Source: a virus. Taken from it: a DNA stretch of 64,000 nt. The translations under genes were made by a program, and so were the position numbers. Shown here one piece after another: positions 1 through 9,473 of the stretch. Position 1 is the first letter of the stretch; every line of letters begins with the position of its first letter. Under the pieces are notes generated by a model, which worked only from the letters and a program-made list of their open reading frames with translations, had not been told where the DNA came from and did not search any database. Location of the stretch: the UHGV virus genome UHGV-1440165, one strand, 5' to 3'.

Positions 1-310
1 TCTGTTCAATGGTTACATCCTTCGGCATGGCGTGGATGTAATAGATCGAGCCTTCGAAGTAGACGTCCACCAGTTCATCTGGTATCTCGACGCCACCACT
101 GGCATACTCTTCGATCATCCTGAACAGAGACTCTGGTTGCTCGCTGGCGATCTTATGCGTAACAGTCGCCGAAAGACCGTCGCCCGGTTTAACAGGCCTG
201 GTGTATTCAGTGAGGAATACATTATGGCCGCTGCCGATGATGTGCTCGGCGAATTTGGAGGACGCCTCAGCAGCGTTCTCCGCATGGTAAGAAACGACGA
301 CTGTAAACAT
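1..310 (-). CDS. partial CDS (N-terminal ~103 aa; remainder beyond window start), hypothetical protein
   Basis: Open minus-strand frame from ATG at 310-308 to position 1; start overlaps stop of upstream gene (TAATG); absent from ORF track because no stop inside window. Confidence 0.4.
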   Translation of the reverse strand, partial: MFTVVVSYHAENAAEASSKFAEHIIGSGHNVFLTEYTRPVKPGDGLSATVTHKIASEQPESLFRMIEEYASGGVEIPDELVDVYFEGSIYYIHAMPKDVTIEQ

Positions 311-852
311 TAGAACTCCAGGGTCAGAGGGGTTTCTGCGGACTTGTCGTAATCCGCGCCGCCAGCAGCGCGCAGACGATTGCGATCGTTCTTGCGTTTG
401 TGTGCCAGCATGTACGTCTCAATGTCGATCTCCATATAAGAACACGCAGCGTTCAGGAAGAACATGAGAGTCTCAACGCAAGGATCGTTCATGAACTGCC
501 CAAGGCGGTATGTAACATCGCGATGCCCGGCAACGTATGGTTTGAATCCTTCAATTAGGATTTCAAATTCTTCTTCGATCTCGCCTTTGGTCCGATCCAA
601 TAGCACGAAGCACAGCATGAAGTGAACCACGTCCACCAGTTCATAAACTGCGTTCGCATGATGAAACCCGATGTCATTGCCATAGACCTTCCAGTCACGG
701 GTAGTTTCGTCAAGGAACTCTGCCCACTCACGATAGATGGAGTTGATGACTGCGTTCTGACTCCATACGTTCTTCCACTCTTCCCCAAAGTAGGCCACGT
801 TGGTGGCCTTTTGGAGTTCGAGCAGGCTTTTGATATGCCCTGCTGTGATCAT
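310..852 (-). CDS. dNTP pyrophosphatase, T4 gp56 (dCTPase/dUTPase) family
   Basis: Segment YELVDVVHFMLCFVL resembles T4 gp56 FELVDIFHFVLNMFV; acidic all-alpha NTP-PPase-like composition; sits next to dNMP kinase as gene 56 does in T4. Confidence 0.55.
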   Translation of the reverse strand: MITAGHIKSLLELQKATNVAYFGEEWKNVWSQNAVINSIYREWAEFLDETTRDWKVYGNDIGFHHANAVYELVDVVHFMLCFVLLDRTKGEIEEEFEILIEGFKPYVAGHRDVTYRLGQFMNDPCVETLMFFLNAACSYMEIDIETYMLAHKRKNDRNRLRAAGGADYDKSAETPLTLEF

Positions 853-1418
853 TTACGTTCTCCGTAGAATTTAACGAACGGTGCCCAACCATCAAATGGA
901 TTGAGGAATTCGTAGTCCACTTTCATCTGGTCAATGAAAGCCTCTATATCGTCCTCTATGATACCAGCGCGGTCGGCCTTTGAAATGCGGGTGATAGGGC
1001 ATTTCGTACTCAGCGCCCATTCATATTCCTGAGGGGTGCGCAGATCGCTCACGATATAATGGACGTCAGGGTTCTGCTCTACCAGAGGAAGCTGGAAGCG
1101 CTTGAAGAATGCCAGGAACAGATCAGGCTGTACGTAACGCAAGCCCGTATCGCTGCCTAGATGAAGCCAGATCTGCCGTGGGGTTAAGCCCTTGGGGTTA
1201 TCAGGGTGGACGTAAGGAACGTCCTTCACGGCATCCTCCACCTCCGCTGGAAGCCATGGATAGATGAAGTTGGCAACCCGGCGCAGTTCGTCTGAGAACG
1301 AAAGGCGCTGGATATCCATATCGCCCTGTAGATGGTGATAGCTGATGAGGGACTCCAAACAGAAGTCCTTACCGGAGCGCTTGCGCCCCGTAAAGAATTC
1401 AAGGTTAGGATACATCAT
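849..1418 (-). CDS. deoxynucleoside monophosphate kinase (T4 gp1-like)
   Basis: N-terminal P-loop FFTGRKRSGKDF comparable to T4 gp1 FLSGVKRSGKDT; size 189 aa. Confidence 0.7.
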   Translation of the reverse strand: MMYPNLEFFTGRKRSGKDFCLESLISYHHLQGDMDIQRLSFSDELRRVANFIYPWLPAEVEDAVKDVPYVHPDNPKGLTPRQIWLHLGSDTGLRYVQPDLFLAFFKRFQLPLVEQNPDVHYIVSDLRTPQEYEWALSTKCPITRISKADRAGIIEDDIEAFIDQMKVDYEFLNPFDGWAPFVKFYGERK

Positions 1419-2464
1419 TCTTTATCACCCAGGAACTTAGGATCAACAATCTTGCGGTCAACCGGGGAATGGGTGAGCGCGACGTTCAGGGACTGGTCAC
1501 TGACGTTATCCAGATTGATGAGCTTACCACTCAGCTTGCACCACAGGCAGTATGCCATATCCAGAATTAACCCGGCATCGGCTCCGTGTTCGTGTAGAGT
1601 TTTCATAACGTCTAACCATGATGAACCTTTGGAAATCACTTCAACGATATCGGCGAACATGACTCGGATACGTGTTTGATTCCCAGGGACACCAAACAAA
1701 ATAGGGGAGAAGTAAGAACCCGTGTGGAATACACTGGTGGCAGGAGTAATTTTACCCAGCTGCTTCTGGCTGACTTCATTGTTGTAATAATGAAGGTTGT
1801 TAGAGAAGAGGCGGTACAGCCCAACTTCCACATTCAGCACCCTAGCGACGATCTCTTGGAGGATGGAGAATTCAATGAAATTGATTGAACTCATGCCCCA
1901 CAGAACATCCTGAGATCGGTTGATGACTGTTAGGTTCAGGCGACCATCCACGATAGAGAACAAAAGGGCTAGGTTACACACCATATCCTTGGTCTTTGGT
2001 TCCCCGCTTTCGTTGGACCAGATCAGACCAGAGTCCGAGTCAAGAGCAGGGTCATAGATGGTGAGGTATGCTTGGCGACTGTTTGGATTTTCTTTCAAGC
2101 GGCGAATCACACTGTCAATCTGACCATAGGCGTACAGGCGCGGTCCATAAGCAGCTCGCCATGTAGTGCCGTTATCAGAGAAGTTGACAGCGCGAGGTAA
2201 TACACGGGAAAGGAACTCAACGTCATTGCGCCCAGCAAGCACCCAGAAAGTCTCACCAATGGCAGCAACAGCAGAAGAGTTGCGCCCTTCCACGGATAAC
2301 CAACGGTCGCGTGGGTTCTGCACGGTGATCGTCACACCGTCAAGGAAGCGGGTGCCGTCAGTGTTGATCTCCGCGTTACCAGGATCAGATTCAATCCCGT
2401 GCTCACGGATAGCCAAGACAGCCTGTTTCAGCATGTCATTGTTGTTTATTGCTTTGATTTCCAT
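1415..2464 (-). CDS. thymidylate synthase-family enzyme, possibly a pyrimidine (dUMP) hydroxymethylase
   Basis: ThyA-like motifs (NPNSRQAYLTIYDP; nucleophile Cys in DMVCNLAL; RSQDVLWG); 349 aa is longer than canonical ThyA; RBS GGGAG upstream; TAATG coupling to neighbouring kinase. Confidence 0.6.
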   Translation of the reverse strand: MEIKAINNNDMLKQAVLAIREHGIESDPGNAEINTDGTRFLDGVTITVQNPRDRWLSVEGRNSSAVAAIGETFWVLAGRNDVEFLSRVLPRAVNFSDNGTTWRAAYGPRLYAYGQIDSVIRRLKENPNSRQAYLTIYDPALDSDSGLIWSNESGEPKTKDMVCNLALLFSIVDGRLNLTVINRSQDVLWGMSSINFIEFSILQEIVARVLNVEVGLYRLFSNNLHYYNNEVSQKQLGKITPATSVFHTGSYFSPILFGVPGNQTRIRVMFADIVEVISKGSSWLDVMKTLHEHGADAGLILDMAYCLWCKLSGKLINLDNVSDQSLNVALTHSPVDRKIVDPKFLGDKE

Positions 2465-3126
2465 TAATCGATACTCCCAAAATCACGACAGAGGAATGCC
2501 ATCACAGCCTGGTCTACTGTTAGACCGTGAGACTTCATCATACCTGCAGCCACCGTAGGGAACAAGCCCTTATGGCGCTGGCGGTGGTCTTGAACGCGCT
2601 CCCACTTCTCGACCACCAGGCTTTCATTGAAGTCCGCGCCGCCGTTGCGTGATTTAACACGGGCGATGCAGGTTTCAAGAGGCGTGTCCATGAAGAGCAC
2701 AACCAGTTCGCGCGGTGGGCGCGTCAGGCGAGGGATCCAGGAACTCAGCAGAGTTGAAGGAATGATGCCTTCGAAGATCACATCGTATCCCAGATACTCT
2801 GGCTGATCAGCGATGCTCAGGGCGAAGAGCATTTGTTCAGTATCCTTCAGGGAATCAACTCCCTTGGACTTCGACTTGTCATATTTGCCGATGCAGACCA
2901 CATTGAAAGAAGGGCAGACGGTCAGCATAATCTTTCCGTTGTGGGTCACGACATATGCCTGAGGATCCCTCTCCGCCAGCTGGGAAGGCACGGTAGATTT
3001 ACCGCTACCATTCGAGCCTTTGACGTAATAGAGTTGCCCTCGTGCTGGGTATATGCCCTTGACGACAGGCGGCTTAAAGAATGTGTGGACGGGGCGCTTC
3101 AACAGCCCCTTCAGGGAATAGGACAT
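2464..3126 (-). CDS. P-loop kinase (Walker A GSNGSGKST), candidate nucleotide/DNA 5-hydroxymethyl kinase
   Basis: Walker A motif; ORF-track start is TTG, ATG with GGAG RBS at 3126 preferred; translationally coupled to TS-family gene. Confidence 0.5.
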   Translation of the reverse strand: MSYSLKGLLKRPVHTFFKPPVVKGIYPARGQLYYVKGSNGSGKSTVPSQLAERDPQAYVVTHNGKIMLTVCPSFNVVCIGKYDKSKSKGVDSLKDTEQMLFALSIADQPEYLGYDVIFEGIIPSTLLSSWIPRLTRPPRELVVLFMDTPLETCIARVKSRNGGADFNESLVVEKWERVQDHRQRHKGLFPTVAAGMMKSHGLTVDQAVMAFLCRDFGSID

Positions 3127-3201
3127 AGACTGCTCCAATAAACAAAAGGAGCTGCTATTATAGCAGCCCCTTCATCTATTGAACAGCTTCTGAACTTAAA
3201 T

Positions 3202-4116
3202 TTAAGCAGCAGCTTTCGCTTCGGCCAGCGCCTGTGGCAGCCATTCATTGATCGCCTTAACCAGAGACTCAGCATCGGTCTCTTTGATTTTCTGGCGCTT
3301 GGTGAAGGACTTGCCGTTCACGTACAGGCTGAAGCCCCAGCCGCCGGAAACGATAGGCGCGACATCAACGTATGTGTTGGTGCGGGCATGCAGGTTATCC
3401 GGGTTGGCCAGTTCGGTGACCGGGAACTGGAACCAGCGCATGTCTGGGTTCACGTAGCTCAGGAAGACGCCTGGGACAACGCCTGCTTCAATAGCAGCCA
3501 GAATCGGACCGTGGGTAGATGCGCGAGCCGCTTCAACCATTTCTTCACGTTTGGTGTGGCGACGTTTACGCTCTTCAAGAGCGGCCTGCGGAGTGAGGGT
3601 CTTACCCTTCGCCGCTTCTTTCAGCATTGAGGAAGCCAGGGAACCCACTTTGGCGTCGGACGGTTGATCACCTTCAGCCAGAGCAGCATTCACCGCATCT
3701 TTGACGGCATCGGTTGGTTCCGCCGGATCAGCTGGCTCCTGTGCCGCGCCGTCAACGGTTTCAGCCGCTTCTTCACCACCTTCACTACCTGCCACGCCGC
3801 CAGCGTCGGCATTGGTGTTGTCGGCAGATACCGGGACGTCTTTGGTCACGTCTTCGGCGTCTTTCAGGGCTTGCTCGGAATCAGCCTGCTCTTTAGCACG
3901 AGCCAGCGCTTCGGCTTGCTCTTCCTGCTCTTCTTCGCTCAGGCTGGCGATAACTTCGAAGCCGTTGGCGGACTGAAGAACACCTTCCACCATACGGCGC
4001 AGGGTGACGTTGCCGATGATCAGGCCAGCTTCTTTGATTTCAGCCTGGATGGCAGAGACGTCTTTACCTTCAAGATCAAATTTAGAACCAGATTCTACAT
4101 GAAGAATATATGACAT
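3202..4116 (-). CDS. hypothetical protein with acidic low-complexity central region
   Basis: Internal ATG (MSYILHV) at 4116 preferred over ORF-track start; D/E/A-rich centre. Confidence 0.5.
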   Translation of the reverse strand: MSYILHVESGSKFDLEGKDVSAIQAEIKEAGLIIGNVTLRRMVEGVLQSANGFEVIASLSEEEQEEQAEALARAKEQADSEQALKDAEDVTKDVPVSADNTNADAGGVAGSEGGEEAAETVDGAAQEPADPAEPTDAVKDAVNAALAEGDQPSDAKVGSLASSMLKEAAKGKTLTPQAALEERKRRHTKREEMVEAARASTHGPILAAIEAGVVPGVFLSYVNPDMRWFQFPVTELANPDNLHARTNTYVDVAPIVSGGWGFSLYVNGKSFTKRQKIKETDAESLVKAINEWLPQALAEAKAAA

Positions 4117-4254
4117 AATAAAAACCCTTTCGTTATTAAGACCGTCTTCGCGGCATATTGCTGTTCTGACTGTGTAGTGAGAACATAATATACTGCATTT
4201 TTCATAGATGTAAACCACTTTTTATTGAAAAGAAGTTAACACCATCGTGTTAAA

Positions 4255-4280
4255 CAGCGCCCAGCCAAGCGGGGCGCGAA
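4255..4280 (-). terminator. GC-rich hairpin (GCGCCC...GGGCGC) downstream of 4323..5075
   Basis: Inverted repeat in intergenic region. Confidence 0.3.
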
Positions 4281-4322
4281 CTTGCGTGAATAATAACTTT
4301 CAACGTCGATATTGAAAACAAA

Positions 4323-5075
4323 TTATTCTTTGGTCAGATAGAAGTTCGGAACTTCAGGACATGCCTCTGGGAGATAGTACCCCACGACACCCTGCTTCAC
4401 TTTCTTCTCAATGTCATCACGGATTTTGCGAACAACTTCTTCCTTCTGCTCGTTGGCCATAACTTCCTCCATGGCACTGTACAGAGAATCAACGATGACG
4501 CTGACATAGTTGTGGATGGCGCGACAAGTGTTCTGGTCATAAACCATATCCGGATCGATCTTGAGATCAACCTGATCGCGTCCGACCAGCAAATGCCCGC
4601 CAGACACGTTAACAGTGTGTTTGAACACATCACTAGATTTCATGACCACGCCATCGGCCTGTGCCAGGTAGAACTCAGTTTTAGAGAAATTCTCCAGAAC
4701 TTCGGCCGGGAAATCGATTTGGATGTCACTACGGTGGCGGCCAAGGTAGTACAGGCAATGTGATAACTTGGAACACGCTTCTTGCGCCATCTTCATGTGC
4801 GCTTTGGCATGTTCATAACCAGCCAGGACGTCGCGGACAAAGTCTGCAACTTCTTGGTTTCCGTATTTGACTTCGTCTTCGAAGTCCATAGCAGTAGGAC
4901 TGTCCGGCTCAATACCCAGCATGTCGAACAGGTTGCGTTCGCGAACAGATTTACCCTGGCGGTCGAAGCCGAGTTTACAACCGACTTCAAACCCGGTTGG
5001 TTCGAAGGTGGTCAGTTTCACATCAAGGCGAGCTGGTGTAAAGTCCAGCCCGAACAGACGATATAGTTGTGACAT
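4323..5075 (-). CDS. hypothetical protein (250 aa)
   Basis: Long ORF in operon context. Confidence 0.55.
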   Translation of the reverse strand: MSQLYRLFGLDFTPARLDVKLTTFEPTGFEVGCKLGFDRQGKSVRERNLFDMLGIEPDSPTAMDFEDEVKYGNQEVADFVRDVLAGYEHAKAHMKMAQEACSKLSHCLYYLGRHRSDIQIDFPAEVLENFSKTEFYLAQADGVVMKSSDVFKHTVNVSGGHLLVGRDQVDLKIDPDMVYDQNTCRAIHNYVSVIVDSLYSAMEEVMANEQKEEVVRKIRDDIEKKVKQGVVGYYLPEACPEVPNFYLTKE

Positions 5076-5139
5076 GTTATAGCCTCATGGTTGAAGGAAT
5101 TACCCGTTCGCGAATTATCACTCGGAACGGGTTATAGAA

Positions 5140-5841
5140 CTATTTCTTGTGTACTCGGCGGGCATCTTTCCAGACAGACATCTGGCTCTGTTTCTGGAAG
5201 CGAGCGGTGCGCATGAAGAGCACGATTTCCCAGTATTGTGGCTCAATCTCATAAAGCTGAGAGCGGAACTGATCGGCGCGGTACAGCTTCACACAGTGAT
5301 TGTACAGCGGGTGGTTGGCGAAGCGCTTCAGGGCATCCCAGGTGAGTTTCAGACGCGTCTTTGAGCGGTATGCCCGTTCGTTGCGCAACTTGATCAGATC
5401 CTCGAACACCAACAGCCTGAGCTTCGGTGGCAGGTAGTGCATGTTGAGTCCCCAGAGATAGGTCACACCCCTCTCCCCGAAGTTAATGCCGTCGCCCTTC
5501 GCAAAGTTGAAGAAGAACACCAGTGGATACATGTCCCAGTACGGCAGTTCATTCTTCGTCAGCGCATCGTATTTGAAATAGAACATACGCCCGATCATGT
5601 ACCGCACACCCTGTACCGGGCGCTTGTGATCAGCGAACGCCTGCTTCATGTGGTTTGGCGACAGGTTTGCATCCTTGGACACACGTTCCATGAACCACAC
5701 GTGCGAACGGCGGATGTTGCGCTTCGCCTCTGGACCGAAGTGTTGACGGTACTTGCGGATGTAACGCTTCACCAACTCGGGGGCGTCCATCTCGGCCGGG
5801 AACAGCAACGGATCTTCTTCGCCAGCTGTGTTCTTTGCCAT
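5140..5841 (-). CDS. hypothetical protein (233 aa), aromatic-rich
   Basis: ORF with GGAG RBS directly upstream of ATG. Confidence 0.55.
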   Translation of the reverse strand: MAKNTAGEEDPLLFPAEMDAPELVKRYIRKYRQHFGPEAKRNIRRSHVWFMERVSKDANLSPNHMKQAFADHKRPVQGVRYMIGRMFYFKYDALTKNELPYWDMYPLVFFFNFAKGDGINFGERGVTYLWGLNMHYLPPKLRLLVFEDLIKLRNERAYRSKTRLKLTWDALKRFANHPLYNHCVKLYRADQFRSQLYEIEPQYWEIVLFMRTARFQKQSQMSVWKDARRVHKK

Positions 5842-5852
5842 TTGTCAACTCC

Positions 5853-5860
5853 TATAAATA
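5853..5860 (+). promoter_or_regulatory. T4-type late promoter box TATAAATA
   Basis: Exact TATAAATA ~35 nt upstream of the GTG start at 5895; gp55 late sigma homologue encoded in window. Confidence 0.5.
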
Positions 5861-5894
5861 ACAACAGTTATCATATTTAAGTGGAGTCCTCATC

Positions 5895-6842
5895 GTGGAA
5901 GACTATCGCAATTTCATCACCCAATTGTTGCAGCGCGGGATATCGCGGAAGAACCGTTTCCGCGTCACCATCCCCCTGCCACCGGGCGTGTTCGATTCAA
6001 ACGCCACCCTGAGCAATGACGGGGATGCTTACAAATCAAGTTCATCATCGTTTGGCGACTTGTTTAAGGAGTCAGCCCGTATTGTAAACGCTTTCTTTGG
6101 AGGGACAAACCAGACGGCGCGTTCCCTTCAGATGATGTGTATGGTCGCAGGTCTGCCGGGGGTCGGCGTCGACACCACCCCAATGAACAACAACGGCAAC
6201 CACATCAAGATGCCAAACAACAAGTCCAACGTCGATCTGGATCTAACATTCCTCATTGCCAACGACTACTATGAGAAGTCGGTCATGGACAAATGGAAGA
6301 ATCTGATCTTTGATCCGTACACAACTAAGATGGGTTATTACGAAGACTTCGTGACTGACATCTGTATCGAGCAGATGGATACAGAAGACCAGGTTGTGCA
6401 CCGGGTGTACATCGTGGAGGCGCATCCGATCAACTTCAGCACGATTGACCTTGACAAGGGTGCAACAGATCAGTTCAACCAATACAACATCACATTCTCT
6501 TACAACAAAGTGTTATCGGAGACTGAGTATGAAACACGCAGCCTTGCCAGCGATTTTCTTCCTCTTGGGATTACTGACGCTCTTGCCAGTGGAGATTGGG
6601 AAACTGCGGCCTCAAAAGCCGGGCAACTTTATCGCAAGGTGAAGGAAGGCAACTTCACAGGGGAAGCGCTCCTGGCGTACAAGCAGCTGGATCAACTGGT
6701 AAACAATCTGGCTGGCATCAGCCTGCAGGACTTCGAGCGCATCTCTATCGGCATCTCTCGTGACATCATGGGGAATGATAACCTGACTGCAGCTGAAAAG
6801 ACCAGCCTGCTGGGTATCCTCCAGGACGTCATGGGCAAATAA
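5895..6842 (+). CDS. baseplate tail-tube family protein (gp48/gp54-like)
   Basis: N-terminal NRFRVTIP resembles gp19/gp54 family NLFQVEIS; GTG start with AAGTGGAG RBS; late promoter upstream; terminator downstream. Confidence 0.45.
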   Translation: MEDYRNFITQLLQRGISRKNRFRVTIPLPPGVFDSNATLSNDGDAYKSSSSSFGDLFKESARIVNAFFGGTNQTARSLQMMCMVAGLPGVGVDTTPMNNNGNHIKMPNNKSNVDLDLTFLIANDYYEKSVMDKWKNLIFDPYTTKMGYYEDFVTDICIEQMDTEDQVVHRVYIVEAHPINFSTIDLDKGATDQFNQYNITFSYNKVLSETEYETRSLASDFLPLGITDALASGDWETAASKAGQLYRKVKEGNFTGEALLAYKQLDQLVNNLAGISLQDFERISIGISRDIMGNDNLTAAEKTSLLGILQDVMGK

Positions 6843-6864
6843 AAAGCCCCTCACGGGGCTTTGT
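6841..6864. terminator. bidirectional rho-independent terminator (AGCCCCTCACGGGGCT)
   Basis: Perfect stem flanked by A-run and T-run; stop codon of the minus-strand membrane gene lies inside the loop. Confidence 0.65.
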
Positions 6865-7255
6865 CTTCTGAATACTTCTTGTATTCTTGTCTAGTTCCGT
6901 ACTCCACTATGCGATACAACAGAATCACAACAGCATGGGACACCGCCAAGAAGGTGTAACCTGCCCAAGCAAGCAGAATGAAAATGATGATCGCCTTCAC
7001 AGTTCTTGCAACCCATTTGTACGGCTTCCCCAACTCTGTCATCTTCAACAACGCGCTCGGGTCGGTCTTGGCATGGGAAGAAACGCAGAGATAGAGAAAA
7101 GACAGAACTATCAGCAGAATAATATTCAGACAAGTAACTGCTACTGCGACTGTCGGGAAAGGCGTTATTCCCAATGGTGCGATAGCGGATAGAAGAGATG
7201 AGACCAACAATAAGAAGATCAGTTGTCGAAGAACAGACAAGAACAAAGTTTTCAT
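6851..7255 (-). CDS. integral membrane protein (about 4 TM segments)
   Basis: Hydrophobic segments throughout 134 aa. Confidence 0.55.
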   Translation of the reverse strand: MKTLFLSVLRQLIFLLLVSSLLSAIAPLGITPFPTVAVAVTCLNIILLIVLSFLYLCVSSHAKTDPSALLKMTELGKPYKWVARTVKAIIIFILLAWAGYTFLAVSHAVVILLYRIVEYGTRQEYKKYSEDKAP

Positions 7256-7269
7256 GGTATAGATGCCTC

Positions 7270-7296
7270 AGAGAAAGCCCTCCGAAGAGGGCTTTG
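7270..7296 (-). terminator. rho-independent terminator (AAAGCCCTCTTCGGAGGGCTTT) after SSB gene
   Basis: Stem-loop immediately downstream of 7301. Confidence 0.6.
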
Positions 7297-7300
7297 TGGT

Positions 7301-8344
7301 TTAGTTGTTTTTCAGGAACTGCTCGAATTCTTCAATTGAACCAGTTTCTTTCGGGTTCGGTTGAGCACCCGGATTGTTCACAGCGGCCTGGGACGGCTGA
7401 GCCTGCTGTTGGTTCAGGCTGTCTTGAGCAGTTGGCTGCTGATTGACAGACTGTTGAGCCGGAGCCTGGTTGGTAGGGGCATGGGCCATAGTGGCCGCAC
7501 CACCTTCAACCAGAGGCTGGCCGTCAGGGATTGCCAGCACTTTGCGCAGACGTTTTTCCAGATCTTCGTAGCTCTTGAAGTTCGCCGGATTGAAGAACTC
7601 AAACAGGCTGTGTTCACGAGACCAAACGTCTTCCATGTAGGCTTCGTCTTCGCTCAGTGGAGCCGGAGCAGCCCAGCTGACGTTGGAGAAGTTGGCCACC
7701 AGACCTTCCCAGTTCCCGAACTTCTTCTGCTCGCCGAAGAGCTTGAGGTTCAGGTTCGCACCTTCCCACAGATCGAACGGGTCGAATTTAGGGTCGGTTG
7801 GGAACTTAGGATTCTGCGCCTGGTCCAGGATTTTCTTGATGGCGTTACCAAACTCCAGCAGGAAGACCTTGCCGTTGTTTTCCGGTACGTTGACATCTTC
7901 GATCACCAGGATGTTGGCGTAGTATTTGGTGTCCGGCAGACGTTTCTTCAGCACGTCCTTCAGCTTTTCGTCGTTCGTTTCTTTCTGTTGCGCCCACAGC
8001 GGACGGTCATGGTCACGCACCGGATCGTCGTTGCCGAACGTCTGAGGTGAGTTCTCAATGTACCAACCACCAGCGCCCTGGAACTGGTGCTTCATGATCA
8101 TGGCGCAAGGGGTCAGGATCTGATCTTTATCGATCGTACCTTCTTCCTGTGCCTTGAGGTCTACCAGCGGAACTGGCAGGAAGCGGATGGTGTTCTGAGA
8201 GATACCATCTTTGTTCCACGTCCATTTCCAGATGCGAGGATCCTTCTGGAAACCAGACTTCTGACCTTGCTGAGCCAGACGCGCTTGCATCGCGTCGGTC
8301 TGCTGGCCACGGGACTGTTTCAGACGATCGAATAAATTACCCAT
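7301..8344 (-). CDS. single-stranded DNA-binding protein (T4 gp32-like)
   Basis: NTIRFLPVP matches gp32 AVIRFLP region; size 347 aa; acidic/Q-rich C-terminal tail. Confidence 0.75.
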   Translation of the reverse strand: MGNLFDRLKQSRGQQTDAMQARLAQQGQKSGFQKDPRIWKWTWNKDGISQNTIRFLPVPLVDLKAQEEGTIDKDQILTPCAMIMKHQFQGAGGWYIENSPQTFGNDDPVRDHDRPLWAQQKETNDEKLKDVLKKRLPDTKYYANILVIEDVNVPENNGKVFLLEFGNAIKKILDQAQNPKFPTDPKFDPFDLWEGANLNLKLFGEQKKFGNWEGLVANFSNVSWAAPAPLSEDEAYMEDVWSREHSLFEFFNPANFKSYEDLEKRLRKVLAIPDGQPLVEGGAATMAHAPTNQAPAQQSVNQQPTAQDSLNQQQAQPSQAAVNNPGAQPNPKETGSIEEFEQFLKNN

Positions 8345-8441
8345 TTCTTAATTCCTCTGTTTCCGCCCCTCGGGGCTATTCTGTTGCATGTATTTTCAGT
8401 TTGTTTCAAGCGGGGTAATTATACCCCGATACTACATTGAA

Positions 8442-8681
8442 TTAACCCTTAAGCACTTGATTCGCTGGGTCAATTTCAATAATGTCATACACGTCTGAGA
8501 ACGTCTTTTTGCCCTCATCGTGCGTATGGTACTCAACCACATATGAGCGACCATCAGGGGTGACATAACGAATACGATCCGTGTTGTCGGCGTTTTCGTT
8601 CAGACTACCCACGCGCCAGCGCATTGAGCCTGGCAGGAACTCTTGGACTTTCATTGCACTGTAAATTGATTCTTTGCTCAT
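8442..8681 (-). CDS. hypothetical protein (79 aa)
   Basis: ORF. Confidence 0.45.
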   Translation of the reverse strand: MSKESIYSAMKVQEFLPGSMRWRVGSLNENADNTDRIRYVTPDGRSYVVEYHTHDEGKKTFSDVYDIIEIDPANQVLKG

Positions 8682-8688
8682 AATATGC

Positions 8689-8934
8689 CTACACTAATTT
8701 CTTCGATTTCAGCACATCTTTTATCAGACGTGCATCGGAGCACTCAGCTGTCAGTCGGGACAGAAGAGGTGCTGTGATCATTTTTCTGACCTTCGTTTCG
8801 TCTATGTCGTTTTCTTCACAGACGGCGACGAGGGTCTCAAGGATTGTTTCCCTGGTACGGGCGGCGCGGAGCAGAACGGCTTCTGAGAAGGAGTCTGCGG
8901 TCAGCACCTGGGCGGGTGATTTATCGTCAGACAT
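8689..8934 (-). CDS. hypothetical protein
   Basis: Internal start MSDDK preferred (track start overlaps neighbour). Confidence 0.4.
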   Translation of the reverse strand: MSDDKSPAQVLTADSFSEAVLLRAARTRETILETLVAVCEENDIDETKVRKMITAPLLSRLTAECSDARLIKDVLKSKKLV

Positions 8935-9172
8935 CGATCGTGTTCTCCTTGCCAGAACCCTTCTTGATCGTGCGCAGAACGTCCTTGAAACCGTCCGGCG
9001 CAGACTGTGGTCCCTTAACCCCAGACACGATCTTAGGAGCACCCACCACCATTTTAATCTCCCCTCCACACTCAGTGCAAGGGTTGGATTCAGGCTTGTG
9101 GCGATCAGCGATAGATTTACGCAATGTCATCTCGTTGCCACAGCCTTTGCATTGATAATCATACAGCGGCAT
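8927..9172 (-). CDS. zinc-ribbon protein (FmdB-like CxxC...CxxC)
   Basis: YDYQCKGCG...CTECGG. Confidence 0.5.
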   Translation of the reverse strand: MPLYDYQCKGCGNEMTLRKSIADRHKPESNPCTECGGEIKMVVGAPKIVSGVKGPQSAPDGFKDVLRTIKKGSGKENTIDV

Positions 9173-9473
9173 GGAACACCCCCACAGTTGTCAGCACAAA
9201 ACGAACCATAATGATAACCAGCAGCGCCACTGTAGAAAACACGATGCGTTTGATCATTTTGTCACGGATCTGAATGAACTGATAGGAGAGGATGGCCTCT
9301 GCCTGTTGATCAGCACGCACGTTCGTGTCACGATGAGGCGACAACGTGTAGAAGTTGATCTGGTACACATATGCGTGAACCAGAGTGAAGAATGTCTTCA
9401 CCCAGACCAACACAACCACCAACAACAAGGCGAACGTCAAAAAGTTCGCCAACAACCAGTAATCGACCATCAT
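9159..9473 (-). CDS. small membrane protein
   Basis: Two hydrophobic helices. Confidence 0.45.
   Translation of the reverse strand: MMVDYWLLANFLTFALLLVVVLVWVKTFFTLVHAYVYQINFYTLSPHRDTNVRADQQAEAILSYQFIQIRDKMIKRIVFSTVALLVIIMVRFVLTTVGVFHAAV

Noticed and set aside
32-313. Plus-strand 93-aa ORF at the window start
   Set aside because: Lies antisense to a continuous minus-strand reading frame that is translationally coupled to the downstream gene; no RBS; likely spurious.
555-867. Overlapping ORFs 555..788 (-) and 622..867 (+) inside the dNTPase gene
   Set aside because: Alternative frames or antisense of a gene with recognisable family motifs; typical shadow ORFs.
1415-2464. Confident call as canonical thymidylate synthase ThyA
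   Set aside because: Length (349 aa), non-canonical residue after the nucleophile Cys, and coupling to a dNTPase and an extra P-loop kinase make hydroxymethylase equally or more plausible; reported as TS-family with function left open.
3248-4113. Cluster of plus-strand ORFs (3248..3457, 3388..3630, 3664..4113, 3701..3976, 3714..3896)
   Set aside because: All antisense to the acidic-protein gene 3202..4116; low-complexity GC-rich antisense frames stay open by chance.
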